Of a DNA stretch of 64,000 bases, positions 50,804-62,000 are shown piece by piece. The translations under genes and the position numbers were made by a program. The notes beneath the pieces were generated by a model, which saw nothing but the letters and a program-made list of their open reading frames with translations, ran no database searches and was not told the origin of the DNA. Numbering within the stretch: position 1 is the stretch's first letter; each line of letters begins with the position of its first letter. Origin of the DNA: Squalus acanthias (taxonomy: Eukaryota); the NCBI GenBank assembly GCA_030390025.1, contig CM059438.1, positions 47,802,001-47,866,000 on the forward strand, in the 5' to 3' direction.

Positions 50804-51399
50804 TTAAACTGTAAGGACGGTTCAGTCTGATTAAAATCCTGGCTGAATTAATAGTTGAGTTAACAGGCATTGTGTTAAAGTTACGATACATAAATGTAAA
50901 CTGGAGTTGCAAATCTTTGGCTCACCATCACTGGACAAGCTGACTTCAGATCTGAATGGGATCGAGTTTAACCGATGTAAACTGGAAATTTAAAAAAGAA
51001 ACTAGATTAGTCATCTTGCACTCTCTTGAGGCAGAAGTGCCACCTTCTGTGGCATTATGGCACATTCAGTGTAATTTCCCTGGGCTCAGTCTTCACACAT
51101 GAAGTGCCATTTTAACTGACTGCAGTAAGGTACAATTTAAGCTGTACTGCTCAGTGATTTAATTAAAATATAAAATATAGGCAGGTTCTCTGCGCAAAAA
51201 AAAAGTCCAAAAAGTGAGATTTTACTGTAGACAATCTTTGAAAGTGGCACGACAAGTTGAGAAGACTGTTAAAAAAGCATACAGGATCCTGGGCTTTATA
51301 AATAGAGGTCATGATGCGGAGATGCCGGTGTTGGACTGGGGTGGACAAAATTGAGAGGTCACACAACACCAGGTTATAGTCCAACAGTTTTATTTGAAA

Positions 51400-51441
51400 T
51401 CACAAGCTTTCGGAGCTATCGATTGCTCCTTCCTCAGGTGA
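51400..51441 (-). ncRNA. Minimal type I hammerhead ribozyme motif (Penelope-associated), second copy
   Basis: Exact reverse complement of 51924-51965 in the left arm of the inverted repeat. Confidence 0.8.
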
Positions 51442-51923
51442 AGTAAATTAGATACAGAATCGCCAAAGCATATATAGATAGAAAACAAAGCATATGTACC
51501 TTACAATTGCAGACCACTAAATTAAATCATCCTGACTATCTGCTGAGGTGTGATAAAGTTAATTAAGTCAGCCAGGAAGGTACCACATCAAAGACATAGC
51601 AAGATACAACTGAGACAATGAGGTGTAGTCGCAGGGGTTCTAACGTGTCAAAAGCTGCCGTCTGTATGTAAAACGAAAAGCTTTAAAATTTTTACTTTTT
51701 TTACTGGGAATCACATCTGTGAACAAGCTAACGACGACTCGAGTCTGGATCACGTCATGTATCGTGACATAAACCCAAGATCCCGATTCCTGGCTGACTT
51801 AATTAACTTTATCACACCTCGGCAGATAGTCAGGATGATTTAATTTAGTGGTCTGCAATTGTAAGGTACACATGCTTTGTTTTCTATCTATATATGCTTT
51901 GGCGATTCTGTATCTAATTTACT

Positions 51924-51965
51924 TCACCTGAGGAAGGAGCAATCGATAGCTCCGAAAGCTTGTGA
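51924..51965 (+). ncRNA. Minimal type I hammerhead ribozyme motif (Penelope-associated), sense to ARID5B pre-mRNA
   Basis: TCAC-CTGAGGA-A-GGAGC-AATCGATA-GCTCC-GAAA-GC-TT-GTGA: stem I TCAC/GTGA, intact CUGANGA and GAAA core, 5-bp stem II, palindromic AGCT in place of helix III, UH site at 51960-61. Confidence 0.8.
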
Positions 51966-54394
51966 TTTCAAATAAAACTGTTGGACTATAACCTGGTGTT
52001 GTGCGACCTCTCAATTTTATAAATAGAGGCATAGAGTACAAAATCGAGGAAGTTATGATGAACCTTTATACATCACTTGGTCTCAGCTGGGGTATTGTGT
52101 CCAATTCTGGGCACCACACTTTAGGAACGATGTCAAGGCCTTGAAGAGGGTGCAAAGGAGATTTACTAGAATGGTTCCAGGCATGAGGGACTTCAGTTAC
52201 GCGGAAAGACTAGAGAAACTGGGGTTGTTCTCCTCCGAGCAGGGAAGATTTAATACAGGTCTTCAAAATTATGAAGGGTTTTGGTAGAGTAAATAAGGAG
52301 AATCTGTTTCCAGTGGCAGGAGGGTTGGTAAACAGAGGACACAGGTTTAAGATAATTGGCTGAAGAACCAGGGGAGGGGTGAGGAGAAATATTTTTATGC
52401 AGCGAGTTGTTATGATCTGGAATGCACTGCCTGAAAAGGGTGGTGGAAGCTGATTTAATAGTAATTTCAAAAGGCCATTGGATATATACTTGAAAAGGAA
52501 AAATTTGCAGGGCTATGGGGAAAGAGCAGAGAGCGGACTGGGACTAATTGGATAGCTCTTTGAAAGAGCTGGCACAGGCACGATGGGCCGAATGGCCTCC
52601 TGTGCTGTATGACCGTATGATTAAGAGCTTCAGTACTTTGTACACAACCAGCTGTCTCCTTAATGTGGACTGAAGCTAAATAGAACAGCTTAGAATTAAG
52701 AGGTTATTCACAGACAGTGCTAATAAAAAATAGTTGCTGTGAGAAATGGTAGATTGTGATGCTATTTCAGGCATTTTATGCCTCAGAATATCTGGCATTA
52801 TTGCCTTAATCAGCGACATAATGAGACAGGAAGTCCGATCCCAAAAGGGAGATGGTTGCAAACTGACTGAACTGTTTATACTTTGTGTGTTTTGGTCTGT
52901 GAAGAGAATTATGGAAGGAATATAATAACTGAAGTAATGGGATCATGTTCCAGTGACGCTAAATTGGATTTTCATTTGCAGTAATTAAGAGGTTGTTTTG
53001 TTCACATTCTGGCACCAGCACATGAAACCTAATAGTTAAAGAGTATATTTATGTCAGGCTGCAAGATAATCCTTTGTTAAGTTTGCTGCAGTACTTGATT
53101 TACATGCCCTGATATTTAAACACGGGGTTTTATGTTCATCGATAGTGTGAGGGGATATTGTACATTAGCCCAATACATTTCCTAGAATTTAATTTTGTGG
53201 TTTAGTGCTGCCTTTTATAGGCAGAAATTTAAAGGACACTTTTTTAAAACATTTTGTAGCGTGTCCCCTGACTTCCAAATAAAACAAAGAATTAACTCGC
53301 AAGAGTCTACAAATTCCTATTGAAATTGCTGTCCTACTAGGAACTGATGGCGTCAGCATGTTTGCATGACAAAGCAATAATACCTTCCCCTCAAAACCTG
53401 GCGCGGCCTTTTTGGACTTTGAAATTGTCCGCGCTCATTTTAAACTGGAGCTGCAAATGCTTTTAAACCTTGGGAGCAAGCTTTCCACAGCCATTAGCAC
53501 GTAAGCATTCAGCAGTTCTGTTCATATACTCGCAGAGTTAATTGCAAGGGAAAGATTTTAATTAATTGATGATAAAGCTGCGGTAACTACCAATTTACCA
53601 ATCAGCAGAGGAGGTAGCAGTGGATCTTGAAACTACAGAACTGCTTTTAGTAATTTGCTACCTAAACGCTAATAGGTTACCTTTATCCTGCTTTTTAATA
53701 ATTGTTCTGCCAGCGCCCCCAGTTTGCGCGGGGCTGCTTATTGTGTTACGTTACGGTTTTGTGCACTTGGAAAAGTATCAGCAAACTACTCCAATCCATC
53801 TGTGTTGTCTTTCTTCAGTGGGCAGGCAATTTTGTTAGCAGTGCACTTGTTTGCAAGCAACTAATACATCTGACATATATAAGCATCCACTGCCTGAAAA
53901 GCAGAGCCAGGGCCTCCGAAATGTTGAAAGTCACATAAAATATCGAATTACACAAAAACAGCGAGCCAGCAGATCTTTCCAGTACCACATTCTTCGACAT
54001 GAGTAACTGGGCCCTGAGCTGTACGCGGGCGCAGTGCCTTTCAAAACGAGTTGGCGATCAGACCCAGCAAAGCAACTGAAATCATTGTTACTGTGAAAGA
54101 GGTGGGACGAGATGACAACAAATGGGCCGTGAGCAGTTAAAGCTTGCAAGTGTTTTTTTTCCCGCTAGGCAGTCCATCCCATTTTTTTTTTGTTTTGTCA
54201 AGTGATCTGTTGTTACGTGTGTAATCGTCCTTTTGAGCAGGGGCAAAAGAAGTTGTGGGCACACAAGAGAGGAAACACTACGATTATTGGCAAGTGCTTC
54301 AACTTAACGGGCATCAGAGTGGCAGAAATGGTGCAGTGCCCCATGTTGCAGTACTAATGTCTGAGGCTGTTAGCACCAGGTTGATTCAACCCAA

Positions 54395-54398
54395 ATGG
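54395..54398 (+). CDS. ARID5B: Candidate alternative first exon coding end (ATG G) of the short ARID5B isoform
   Basis: cccaaATGG|GTAACA; splicing to 58010 gives MAPNLKGRPRKK, the recalled N-terminus of the short mammalian isoform. Lies in a repeat-free block 3.6 kb upstream of exon 5. No transcript evidence. Confidence 0.45.
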
Positions 54399-55173
54399 GT
54401 AACAATGTTTTTTTTTCTCTCTTTCTATGTTTGTTCTGTGTCTCCTTTGTATTTCTTCGACTGGCTGTGTTAGTCATTCTGTCAGTAGGACAGTTAAATG
54501 TTCTTTGTGTGGTTAGTGTATTACGCGACTCACCGCAGACGTAGTGTTTAGTCGGGGTAAAATGGGCCAAATATTTTCCACAGTAGCTTTAAGTGAACTA
54601 AATTAAGAAATAGCCACTGCACAGTTCTAAGTGTAGTGAAGTGAGCAGCATTTCATAGTACCAGTCCTATGTAGTGTGTGTCTTTCTCTGTCTCGGTGTG
54701 TCTGTGCGTGTGTTGGGGTGTGGGGGTGCGGGGGTGCGGGGGGGGGGGGGGGTGGTGACTTCACTTTTGCTGTAATCTGTGCAGGATGTTATCACACTTC
54801 AACAATGCTATAAAAGAATTCCAAACCCAAACCATTTTTGGACATACTCAAATGTGCTGCAGTTTGTCTAATATTTCTGAATCGGCTCAAATTGGATCAT
54901 TTCCTCAGTCAGTGCTATTTAAAGGTCACCTCCGCATTTGTTATGCATGCTTCGAATAATTAGTAACATGCAATGGGAAGCATTTTCTTAATTAACGGAA
55001 TAACATTTCTGGAACGCTCTTTACACAATCTAATTGACTAACGACTAATATGTCACTTGTATGTTTTGGCTACAAACTCAAATATAGATAATAAACACTG
55101 TGTAAGGTATCCTAAGGCATTCTTATTGAAGGTAAATAATTCAAAGCACTGAATAAGATGAATTTCACAGTGT

Positions 55174-55175
55174 TA

Positions 55176-55206
<31 letters not shown>

Positions 55207-55210
55207 TTTT
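55174..55210. repeat. (TA)n plus poly-T microsatellite
   Basis: Direct reading. Confidence 0.95.
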
Positions 55211-57309
55211 ATCAAGCTAAATGACCCCTTTAAAAAGCCCAACACACAGCAGCAAGGTTGCATTATGTTGTTCTACCATATTTTCAGCGACTCCTTTGCT
55301 TTGGAGACACTTTACTGAGTCCCATTGCTCATTACAGTTTATGTCTGAACCCTGTCATTAAAAATCATCAGCGACTGAACAAATATACAGTAATTAAATG
55401 GGAATTGTTGCTTATTTCATACAGCTTTTGATGTTTTGGCTGCTCTTTATAGTACGATATGAAAGAAAGTTTGAACTTGGCTTTTGAGTTGTCAAACACT
55501 GTGCTTAATGATTCCTAATCTCTCTGATCTTTTGTAACTGTTTCCAAGCACTTCAGCAAAGCAAGATCTCAAATAGTCGTGTTTCAAGCAGTTGTTATTT
55601 AGTTTTGGAATATTCCACTCCATCGCGAAAGGTGCTTGAATTCCTTTCCTTGAATCTAGAATCGCTGTGTGACCGACGTGAGTTGTATTCCCTGGGGCAC
55701 CGCTGGCTTGGTATGAGCATGTCATTCTCATTGCAATCACTCGACAAGTAGAGTGAGATTTATGGTGCATTGGGCTCTTCCAGGCAATGATGTGCTAAAT
55801 ATCAAAGCGTGGCGGCACTGAGGTGTGTTTGCAGCTATCATGTGATGAAACTCCGTTCTACGCTCACTTTTGTAGGAGCGCTCTACATTCGGCCTGATTT
55901 ATAACAAGTATTTCACCTTTTACTGCCTGTGTGTGTACGAGAGATCAAAAACCCAGACAAATGTAAATCTGATCATCGCCGCTGCGAATACTGTATTTCA
56001 ATTATCATTTTACAAGCAGAATAACCTCCGCAGTATCTATGGATTTTTGTTTTGTTGCAATTGCAGAAATGTATCAGTTGCAGGAGAAGAGTAGGATGTT
56101 AGATAGATAAAGATCACCTGTCTAAAGTGACTGGAATTGAGCAGAGTCACCTTTGATCCAGGGTAATGAAATCCAGCCGCAGCAGACACCTATAAAACAG
56201 TAACTCTGCCAGCTGTTTGGATCTATCCTTCAGCTGCCCGTTAGATGTCTCTTCCCGTTTTTCATTTTTGTTGAAGTCAACGGGCGTCTGATCCGATGTC
56301 GCTTGTTTTACACCATCACCCAAAGTCAAGATCTCCACCGTTGAGGGTGATTGGGACACATTAATGATGCCCAGTCAAGGCAGGAGTAGCATTTATCGGG
56401 GGGGGGGGGGCAAGGATTCAGTTTGCAGCCCACTACATTTTACTGGACAACGTTATTAAGTACCGCCTACTTAACCTGGTGTCAACTTCGCACCCGTACG
56501 GTGGTGGAAAGGCAGGTTGGCAAAAGTAGTGTAGAAATAGCTGCGCAGTGATCAGGGAAATCAGCTGTCACCATTGCGCAGGTGTCCTTCCATGGATCCA
56601 CCCCAGACTAGCTCGGGGTCCCATGCAATCGGCATGGTTTGAACCTTGACCCTTTAGGTCAAGGGGGGGCGGCCACGGATGAGAAATGGTTCCTGACACC
56701 AGTGGGGTGAAAGTGACCGAAGAACGCGAAATGGGCATCTTGCTGCATGTGACATTACGGTGATGATCTAAACACGATGCTGCAGTGATTGTGCTGCTAC
56801 ATGTTGGGATCTTAATTTACAGCCACGTGGCAGAGCTGCTGCTGTGCAAAGGGAGCGAGTTGTTGCTGCAAAGCAATTTTTTTTTGCTGCATGTGAATTT
56901 CGAGAATTAAAAAAAAAATACATATATCTTGTTTTGGAAGCGAACCAAAATGTTGTCGATGTGAAAACTCTCCCTTTTGCAATTTCAGCTGAAGAAAATG
57001 TGTTTGGTTAAATATTTTGCAGTGGAGTTATTTATAGCATGAAAGTAGTGCAGCTGCACAGAATGTACATGCTTGGTACACGGAGAGCTCTTCGCTGTCA
57101 TTTGCTCTGGTCTTTCTGGAACCTGCAGTTTCTATGGGAAATCGGAATGACTGCAGGGTCACACCGGGAATGGGCATCAAAAGCTCCTGCACTTTAAGTG
57201 GGAAAGTGACCGTGTGCGCTAAGCAATGCGCCTTATATACGAACGGCCCAGTTGAGGAAGCTTATTCAAAAAGCAGTTGTCTGATGTTGGGTTGGTTTGA
57301 CCAACGTGA

Positions 57310-57922
57310 GCATTCGGTAATATCAGCCGAGGCATAGAATATAAGAGCAGGGAGGTTACGCCCAAACTGTATAAAACACTAGCTAGGCTGCAGCTAGAAT
57401 ACTGCATGCAGCTCTGGTCACCACATTACAGGAATGATGTGATTGCACTAGAGGGGGTGCAGAGGAGATTTACGAGGATGTTGCCTGGGCTGGGGAATTT
57501 TAGCTATGAGGAAAGATTGGATGGGCTGGGGTTTTCTTTGGGACAGAGGAGGCTGAGGGGAGACCTAATTGAGGGGCCTAGATAGAGTGGACAGGAAGGA
57601 CCTATTTCCCTTAGCAGAAGGTACAATAACCAGGGGGCATAGATTGAAAGTAATTGGTCGGAGGTTTAGAGGGAATTTGAGAAACTTTTTCACCCAGAGG
57701 GTGGTGGGGGGTCTGGAACTCACTGCCTGAAAGGGTGGTAGAGGCAGAGACCCTCATCACATTTAAAAAGTACTTGGATATGCACCTGAAGTGCCGTAAC
57801 CTACAGGGCTACGGACCAAGTGCTGGAAAGTGGGATTAGACTGGACAGCTCTTTGTCGACCGGCATGGACAAGATGGGCCAAATGGCCTCCTTCTGTGCT
57901 GTAAATTTCTATGATTCTATGA
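57310..57922 (+). mobile_element. CR1-type LINE 3' fragment ending about 90 bp upstream of exon 5
   Basis: CTGTATAAAACACTAG..CAGCTAGAATACTGC (LYKTL..LEYC), TTTTTCACCCAGAGGGTGG, (TTCTATGA)n tail. Confidence 0.88.
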
Positions 57923-58009
57923 TCAGGGCAGAATCGTACATGCGATAAACTTAGCTGGTATATGTTGCTTTTGGCTTCTTAAAATCGTTCTCCGTTCTTT
58001 CGATTTCAG

Positions 58010-58128
58010 CACCTAATCTCAAAGGCCGACCTCGGAAGAAGAAGCCCTACTCCCAGAAGCGGGACGCACAAGCTCTAAATGGCTTGAGAGATTCCAATGA
58101 GGATTCAGATGGGAAAGGCAATGCCAAG
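58010..58128 (+). CDS. ARID5B: ARID5B internal coding exon (equivalent to human exon 5), phase 1-0, 119 bp
   Basis: Acceptor ttctttcgatttcAG at 58008-09, donor AAG|GTAGGA at 58129. Spliced to the previous exon it reads (A)PNLKGRPRKKKPYSQKRDAQALNGLRDSNEDSDGKGNAK, matching recalled APNLKGRPRKKKP...SDGKAVAK. Too short for the ORF track. Confidence 0.96.
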
Positions 58129-58216
58129 GTAGGATCCAGTTCATCGCTTTAATTCATGCTGTATCTTTTGGCTCGTACCTTTTTTTACTGTTTAGTCTTG
58201 CATGCAAATAGCTAGG

Positions 58217-58674
58217 TGTCAGCTGTGGCTCAGTGATGGCACTCTTGCCTCTGAATCAGAAGGTTGTTGGTTTAAGTCCCGCTCCAAAGGCTTGAGCACA
58301 AGACCTAGGTCGACATTTCAGTGCAGTACTGAGGGAGTGCTGCACTGTCTGAGGTGCTGTCTTTCGGATGAGACATTAAACCGAGGGCCCGTCTGCGCCC
58401 TCAGGTGGACATAAAAGATCCCGCGCCACTATTTTGAAGGAGAGCAAGGGAGTTCTCCCTGGTGTCCTGGCCAATATTTATCCCTCAACCAACATCGCTA
58501 AAAACTGATCATTATCTCATTGCTGTTTGTGGGAGCTTGCTGTGCACAAATTGGGCTGCTGCGTTTCCTACATTACAACAGTGACTTCACTTCAAAAGCT
58601 CTTCAATGGCTGTGAAGCGCTTTGGGACATCCTGAGGTTGTGAAAGGCTCTAAATAAGTGCAAGTCTTTCTTTC
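58217..58674 (+). mobile_element. SacSINE1-like DeuSINE filling most of the 678-bp intron between exons 5 and 6
   Basis: Full copy from TGTCAGCTGTGGCTCAGT to GCAAGTCTTTCTTTC. Confidence 0.9.
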
Positions 58675-58806
58675 GAACTATCATAAGAGCTAGTCATAGC
58701 AGCCTTTAGGAAATAATAACCTTTAGGTTCCATACGAACCTTGGATTTATGTGTGAAGTGTCAGTCACAGCACTGTTGTAAATTCTGTGTTTATTTTCCA
58801 ACTCAG

Positions 58807-59011
58807 TCGAAATGCGAGCCCAAAACCACGATGGCAAAACCCAAGAATAACAACAGCATCTGCAAAAATATAGCAGCTGATGAAAAATCAAAGGTTGCAG
58901 CAGGCGATGAATGCAGAGCAGAGGAGCAGACATTCCTCGTCACTCTTTACAAGTACATGAAAGAAAGAAATACTCCAATAGAAAGGATACCGTACCTCGG
59001 ATTCAAACAAA
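58807..59011 (+). CDS. ARID5B: ARID5B internal coding exon (equivalent to human exon 6), start of ARID/BRIGHT DNA-binding domain, phase 0-1, 205 bp
   Basis: Acceptor ttttccaactcAG at 58805-06, donor A|GTAAGT at 59012. Reads SKCEPKTTMAKPKNNNSICKNIAADEKSKVAAGDECRAEEQTFLVTLYKYMKERNTPIERIPYLGFKQ, the ARID5 signature (EQxFLxxLYKYMKERxTPIERIPYLGFKQ). Inside ORF 58741..59055. Confidence 0.97.
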
Positions 59012-62000
59012 GTAAGTGTCTCCTTTCTCCTTTTATGGCATTTTGTGACGTTTGAATTGGAGAAAATCTATTTCATTATCACAATGTACTGACCCAACGC
59101 TGACCGGGGAAAGTCAGGTGATAAATGGATCAGCTCTGCATTATAATTTAAAGAATATTTTGAACCAGGCGCAGGCTTTTATCAGCAAAGGAGGACATTG
59201 CCGTGAGTGTAGTTTGATGAACTTGTAATCTGCGTTTGCATTGGATTCTAGATCTAGCTGTTATATTCAGCCCGGAATTTCCACCGAGGTTGTCCCCATC
59301 TCCAATAATAAATGACCGCTTACATCATCATCTCTCCGGGGGTGGTAGGGTCCGGTGATCCAACCCCCCCCCCCCCAACCCCCATGCCGAAGTTATGGTG
59401 AGAGATCGGAACAGCCCCGACGGAAATTCGGGGGACCCCGCCTCTCCATTCTTACGCCAGTTGATGTTGTAAAATGTGGTGTTTCTGTTACTGATGAAAT
59501 GGCTGATTGTAAGTCACTTGCAGAGAAGAGTTTAGGAGTACGAGATTCCCCCTGGCAATAAGTTTATCGGAAAAGTAGAAAAAGTTCGTCAAAGTTCCAC
59601 AAGTGAGAGTGCGGCATAAAGCGCTAACGGGATTGTCCTCTGTGTTTAGTTCTTGTCCGACGATTCCTACCCCTTCAGTAAAGGAGCAAAAGCCTGGGGT
59701 AATTGCTGGAGTGTGTTGCTGCACTATGAAAATTGCTGTTTAGTGCTCATTAAGACCCTGTTAAAGGCCAGTCATGGGAAGTACATGCAGAATTACACAG
59801 TTGTTCTCAAAGTGCTTCAGTTCAACAAGCGTAAAAATTATCAGCCCAGCCGCCACAGTAATGCACAAGGCAGAGGCACTGTCTGTCTCGCTGTGGTCAT
59901 TGGCTGCGCCCCTTCAGTAGAGGAGGGGGATAGCCTGGGAGTGCAGAGGCCATTCAGAGCCTCACCACCTGCACCAGGGATTTCACTAGGCAGTAGGTCA
60001 ATGGCAACAGCATCAGCTCCCTGGGCATTTTGGATGTCGTGTGTCATCTGTTCTAAAAAGATCCCCCACCCCCACCCCCACTCAGAGGGCAAGCAACCAT
60101 TCACACTGCGACATGGTAATGAAGGTCACCCAGTGCCCTCAGCTGTTATACCGCATGGTCCTACGAGACCCCTTCCGGGGAGGTCACAGGAGTCGGGCAG
60201 TTTTCTCTGTGCCCTTTCATCAACGGTAAGCCACTGAAGTCCAGTCATGCTTTGTGCCGGGCTACATATACATCGGGAGTGAGTAACGGCAGACACAATG
60301 GCTGAGGCAGGTAAAGGTTTAGCACGGTGTTGGCTCCCTAAAGAACAGGGTGTAAATGACTGTAAGCATGCCGTTATTCGTCACTTCCCAACAACTCTGT
60401 GGCACACCTAAATAACAAGGGCTGTCAGTCCATCACACGCACGTCTTGCTTACTGTTGTGTCCTGCTATCATACATGCTGCCCTGGTTGAGGGAGTAGCT
60501 GGTCAGCCAACCAGCTGCAAGAGCCGCAGAAGGTCCTGTTTTTGTGATTAATCCTGGACCCAGGAGCAGGCCATTCAGCCCCTGGGTCTGCCGGCCGGAG
60601 TGCCCGCTGGCTGCTGCTGTGCCATGGCGCACGCCACTCTTCCGAGATGATCTCTTCAGGAGGTCCACTGATGTGTCCGAGTACAGGACATTTGGCTCGT
60701 CCAAAGTCACTGAATTGACCCGGAAGGCTCCCTGCGTCCTTACCCCCGGGAGAGTTGAACTGGGTCTTTGGGTTTTGGACCTCAAATCCTCGATAGAACC
60801 AGTGGGAGGGTTTGTGACCGGCATAACTGCGATCCCCACTGCAAGACGTCACTGGTGTTGCCGCCTTGTGCAATGGAAGACTGCAGTTGAGACTGCAGGC
60901 CGTTCCTCTATAAGATCACTCAGGTGAGAGATGGCATTGCACACCTGGATGTTTGACTCCTCCACCTACCCTGACCACCTCCTGCCGTCGTGTGCAAGGA
61001 GTTGATTTGCTCTTGTTTCTGTGCTGTTCTCCAACTCAACGATGACCCACCAAGGTCTGTATCCTCGGGATGTATTAATAGACTTCTGTTGGGTAAGGGT
61101 ATCGGGGATATGGAGCAAAGGCAGGCAAATGGAGTTGAGGTACAGATCAGCCATGATCTAATTGAATGGTGGGACAGGCTGGAGGGGCTGAGTGACCAGC
61201 TCCTGGGTGCGCAGCATCAGTGGTCCTCTAGAGCCAACCTGCACTGTTGTCCCAGTGCACGGTAATTGCGCAAAAACATCACTAATTCTTCCGCAGCTGT
61301 TGTATCTGTGCTGCAGCTTGGTGCAAGTATAGATGAGGATAGTTGGTTGAAGTGGTTGCTGACTCTTGCAGTTCATTTGGAGGACGCCTCTGTTCACCTT
61401 GCTGCATGAGAAGCAGCGAGTGGCTGTAAACGACTGAATGGAACATTGGGCCAGCTCCCTGTCGGACCTGCACTCCTCTTCGCTCGATTTCCCTCTACAC
61501 CCAGGCGGTCCAATGCACCCGGGCATAGGACCGGAGAGTATTTCCCCAAATGGGTGTTTCCACGCGCTGTATGTACACAGTCACTCTTGTGCAGGCACTG
61601 TCATGTTACATACTGTAATAAGCCTGGAATAACTGAATGACATAATACATTCCACGAGTTGTCTGCTCTCCTCCAACCTCTGAATTCCCACGGCTTCCAA
61701 ACTCTCCGCCAAAGTCCTATAATTGGAGGTCCTGCCTGTCCCAGTTTATGCCGTGAAGAATTGGAAGCTGAAATTCAGGGTCGCCATTGGCACCGGGAGG
61801 TACTCCTATTGACGCCATCTCCTCGAGTGAAACTGCCCCATGTGTAGTAGTGCGAGGGATTTAAAAAATCTTTATTATTGAGATGTGAATGTCGCTGGCA
61901 AGGCCGGCATTTATTGCCCGGCCCTAGTTTCCCTTGTACCGAATCGCTTGCTTGCCCATTTCAGAGGGCAGTTAAGAGTCAACCACGTAGGCCAGACCGT

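Larger units (their letters stand above)
51309..52015 (-). mobile_element. Penelope-like retroelement, 5'-truncated, with inverted pseudo-LTR copy
   Basis: Flanked by TTTATAAATAGAGG at 51295-51308 and 52016-52029. Inverted arms 51347-51578 and 51787-52018. Minus strand 51788-51750 reads NRDLGFMSRYMT*, resembling the recalled PLE ORF C-terminus (GLNRDLGFM). pLTR-type text CTGAGGAAGGAGC...GCTCCGAAAGCTTGTG...AATAAAACTGTTGGACTATAACCTGGTGTTGTG. Confidence 0.9.
51228..52622 (+). mobile_element. CR1/HER1-type LINE 3' fragment interrupted by the Penelope insertion
   Basis: ...GGATCCTGGGCTTTATAAATAGAGG|CATAGAGTACAAA... is continuous CR1 ORF2 C-terminal text once the insert is removed; followed by GTCCAATTCTGGGCACCACAC (VQFWAPH) and 3' UTR GGGCCGAATGGCCTCC. 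Confidence 0.9.

Noticed and set aside
21480-59011. ARID5A instead of ARID5B
   Set aside because: The SYPQYCRYRSMLKRIQ and APNLKGRPRKKKP segments, and the long-intron layout, match recalled ARID5B.
59653-60237. 194-aa ORF as the next ARID5B exon
   Set aside because: No ARID continuation (INLWTMFQAAQKLGGY-like); I found no exon 7 in the window, so it probably lies beyond 64000.
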